DNA of 27,035 nt, from the NCBI GenBank assembly GCA_964422565.1, contig CAYRCA010000003.1, forward strand, positions 1 through 27,035. The letters run 5' to 3'. The notes beneath the pieces were generated by a model that saw only the letters and a list, made by a program, of their open reading frames with translations, was not told where the DNA came from and searched no databases. The stretch comes from an uncultured Acidobacteriota bacterium. GTDB taxonomy: Bacteria > Acidobacteriota > UBA6911 > RPQK01 > JAPXNP01. The position numbers and the translations under genes were made by a program. Positions 24,987 through 27,035 of the stretch are shown one piece after another. How positions within the stretch are numbered: the first letter of the stretch is position 1; the number at the start of each line of letters is the position of its first letter.

Positions 24987-25508
24987 ATGCCGGTTAAACG
25001 ACCTCGCGCGGTCACGTCCAAAGGCGAGTCGCTGACTCTTGTAGGTCCCGAGCTTCGAGTCGGCGACCGGGCCCCGGATTTCACCGTAACGACTCGAGAT
25101 CTCAAACCCTTCACCCTGGCGGACACGGAGGGCAAGGCCCGGATATTCAGCGTGGTGCCCTCAATTGACACTCCGCTTTGTGACACCCAGACGCGTCGGT
25201 TCAACAAGGAGGCCTCGGATCTTCCGGGTGTGAGGATCTATACGGTGAGTATGGATTTGCCCTTCGCCCAGAGTCGCTGGTGTACGGTCGCGGGTGTTGA
25301 CAAAGTCGTAATGTTGTCCGATCACCAGACCGCGAGCTTCGGGCAGAACTACGGGACGCTCGTCGAGGGGCTGCGGCTCGAGGCGAGGGCGCTCTTCGTC
25401 CTCGACGAGGAGGGAGTCATTCGTCACGTCGAGTACGTGAAGGACGTGTCCAGCCACCCCGACTACGACGCGGCTTTGGCGGCGGCTCGGGAAGTCTCCT
25501 CCGGCTAA
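24987..25508 (+). CDS. tpx: Thiol peroxidase (Tpx, atypical 2-Cys peroxiredoxin).
   Basis: VGDRAPDFTVT...SVVPSIDTPLCDTQTRRFNKEAS...FAQSRWCTVAG...LVEGLRLEARALFVLDEEGVIRHVEYV matches Tpx throughout, including the peroxidatic and resolving Cys. Confidence 0.9.
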   Translation: MPVKRPRAVTSKGESLTLVGPELRVGDRAPDFTVTTRDLKPFTLADTEGKARIFSVVPSIDTPLCDTQTRRFNKEASDLPGVRIYTVSMDLPFAQSRWCTVAGVDKVVMLSDHQTASFGQNYGTLVEGLRLEARALFVLDEEGVIRHVEYVKDVSSHPDYDAALAAAREVSSG

Positions 25509-25612
25509 AGCGTCGGACCGGGCCAGCCCATTCGCTCCTCGTTCTCCAGGCCGTCGCGGCGGGAATGACTTGAGTCCGGAAACAGTCCCCGCTTGCCGAA
25601 CAGGGCCGGAGC

Positions 25613-25981
25613 TTGGCAGAATATCGCCCAGTGACCCGGCAAGTGGAGGATGCCCTTGTTCACAATTCCCGTCGCGAGGCGTGTCTGATTCTGGGTTTGT
25701 GGCTCCTCAGCCTCGTCTATACCGTTTCCCTCTGTTACCTCTGGGGTTACCTGTCCCACGAACCCATGCCGGTGGCCCTCGGCCCGGACGTGGCTTCGCT
25801 GGTGGGTCCCCTGGAGGGATTTCAGCGAGACCCGTCGCAGCTTGGCGAACCCCTGGGACTGGCGGTGCCCGACTGGGTCTTCTACGGCATTCTGGCGCCC
25901 TGGGCGGTGTGCATCGGTCTGACTCTCTGGTTCTGTCTTCGTGTCTTCTCCGAGGACGACCTGGGTCCAGCCGATGACTGA
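25613..25981 (+). CDS. Small membrane protein, YhdT-like (DUF997-type partner of sodium:solute symporters). The start is uncertain.
   Basis: Two predicted TM helices (LILGLWLLSLVYTVSLCYLWGYL and VFYGILAPWAVCIGLTLWFCL). Its stop overlaps the start of the downstream SSF transporter by 8 nt. Confidence 0.5.
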   Translation: MAEYRPVTRQVEDALVHNSRREACLILGLWLLSLVYTVSLCYLWGYLSHEPMPVALGPDVASLVGPLEGFQRDPSQLGEPLGLAVPDWVFYGILAPWAVCIGLTLWFCLRVFSEDDLGPADD

Positions 25982-27035
25982 AACGAACCCGGTCACCATC
26001 GTCACCTTCGTCCTGTATGTTGTCGGGACGTTCGTCCTGGCGGTGTTCTCACATCGCCTCCTGGCCGGCCGCGGCTTTCTCGGGGAGTACTTCCTGGGGA
26101 GCCGAGATCTGCGGAGTTGGTCGTTGGCGTTCGCCTTTGCCGCAACCGCCACCTCGGCGGGCAGTTTTATCGGATTCCCGGCGCTGATTTACAGTTACGG
26201 TTGGGTCCTGGCCCTTTGGATCGCCAGTTACATGATCTATCCGCTGTGCGCCATGGGGGTGTTGGGCAAGAGGCTCAACCAGGTCGGCCGCAAGACAAAT
26301 GCGATCACGATTCCCGACGTGCTCCGCGACCGGTTCGAGTCTCCGTCGCTGGGTTTGTTCCTGACCTCGACAATCCTGCTGTTCACGACGTGCAACCTGG
26401 TGGCCCAATTCAGAGCCGGCGCCATCATTCTGGAAGGCACCTTCAACTTCCCGGCGGGTTGGGGATATACGGCGGGGCTGCTGATCTTTGCGGGAGTCGT
26501 GGTGCTCTATACGACTTACGGCGGGTTCCGCGCCGTCGTCTGGACCGACGTGATGCAGGGGCTGGTCATGGGGGTGGGGATCGTGATCCTGCTTCCCGTC
26601 ATCGTCTGGAGAGTGGGGGGCCTCGACGGATTGATGGATCGCCTGGCAAGCCGGCCGCCGCAATTGGTCACCGCCCTGCCGGGAGATCACAACAACCTCG
26701 CCTTCATCCTCAGGGATACCGGCCCGGTTCGTTCTTTGAGCGGCGTGCAGTATGAGGTTCGGAGCGGCATAAGCCGCGTCTCGGCTCGGCGGGTTCCGGG
26801 ACATCCCGATTCGGGAGACACCCTGGTGGTCGAGGTTCCGGCGGTCGTTGACGGGATTGGGCCGGCCACGGCCGCGGACGTTCGGGACTATCTCAACTCC
26901 CATCCCGATTTTCGACGGCTGGTGGTGGTGGAGCTCGCCTACGGGAACGACGGCGGCGGTCAGGTTGGTTCCATGCCCTGGACCGCCTTTGTGGCCGGCG
27001 AGGAATTCCTGTTCGGGCCCGGGCGCAGGGCCGAC
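25974..27035 (+). CDS. Sodium:solute symporter family (SSF) transporter, PanF/PutP-like. N-terminal 354 aa only; it continues beyond the window end.
   Basis: Hand translation from the ATG at 25974 is open to the end of the window. SSF N-terminal signature region: GRGFLGEYFLGSRDLRSWSLAFAFAATATSAGSFIGFPALIYSYGW. Not in the ORF track because it is truncated by the window edge. Confidence 0.75.
   Translation, partial: MTETNPVTIVTFVLYVVGTFVLAVFSHRLLAGRGFLGEYFLGSRDLRSWSLAFAFAATATSAGSFIGFPALIYSYGWVLALWIASYMIYPLCAMGVLGKRLNQVGRKTNAITIPDVLRDRFESPSLGLFLTSTILLFTTCNLVAQFRAGAIILEGTFNFPAGWGYTAGLLIFAGVVVLYTTYGGFRAVVWTDVMQGLVMGVGIVILLPVIVWRVGGLDGLMDRLASRPPQLVTALPGDHNNLAFILRDTGPVRSLSGVQYEVRSGISRVSARRVPGHPDSGDTLVVEVPAVVDGIGPATAADVRDYLNSHPDFRRLVVVELAYGNDGGGQVGSMPWTAFVAGEEFLFGPGRRAD

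Noticed and set aside
1-27035. tRNA or rRNA genes, CRISPR arrays, IS elements, integrases, toxin-antitoxin pairs
   Set aside because: No T-loop-like GGTTCGAATCC-type motifs, no regularly spaced direct repeats and no transposase- or integrase-like ORFs were seen by eye. Only the short tandem 10-bp repeat at 4583-4600 was found.

Overview
High-GC (~64%) bacterial chromosomal window with dense, mostly recognisable coding. Coordinates are taken from the ORF track where possible; hand-refined starts and motif positions may be off by 1-2 nt. From left to right:
(1) A partial CapA-family metallophosphoesterase with a twin-arginine signal (minus strand), divergent from a 177-aa polytopic membrane protein.
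(2) An NfeD/YqiJ-like membrane protein overlapping a flotillin (SPFH/band-7, YqiK-like) gene, followed 85 nt later by a STAS-domain anti-sigma-factor antagonist.
(3) A convergent type-II NADH dehydrogenase (ndh).
(4) A late-flagellar cluster on the minus strand: flagellin with an upstream sigma-28-type promoter, flaG, fliD, fliS, and two small unknown genes.
(5) A stator operon on the minus strand: HDOD protein, motA, motB and a REC-HD-GYP response regulator. A PAS sensor with a C-terminal Cys4 domain is encoded divergently.
(6) A complete histidine operon, hisG(long)-D-C-B-H-A-F-IE, preceded by and overlapping a TrpR-like YerC/HisR-type regulator gene.
(7) A small unknown protein plus an orphan MlaF-like ABC ATPase carrying an N-terminal hydrophobic segment (minus strand).
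(8) Thiol peroxidase tpx behind an AT-rich promoter island.
(9) A small YhdT-like membrane protein overlapping a sodium:solute symporter that runs off the window.
No tRNA, rRNA, CRISPR array or obvious mobile element was seen. The most system-like candidates are the c-di-GMP-associated stator module with its divergent PAS-Cys4 sensor, the two uncharacterised genes downstream of fliS, the NfeD-flotillin-STAS trio, the small-protein plus TM-anchored orphan ABC ATPase pair, and an AT-rich convergent intergenic element with tandem 10-bp repeats and sigma-54-like boxes.
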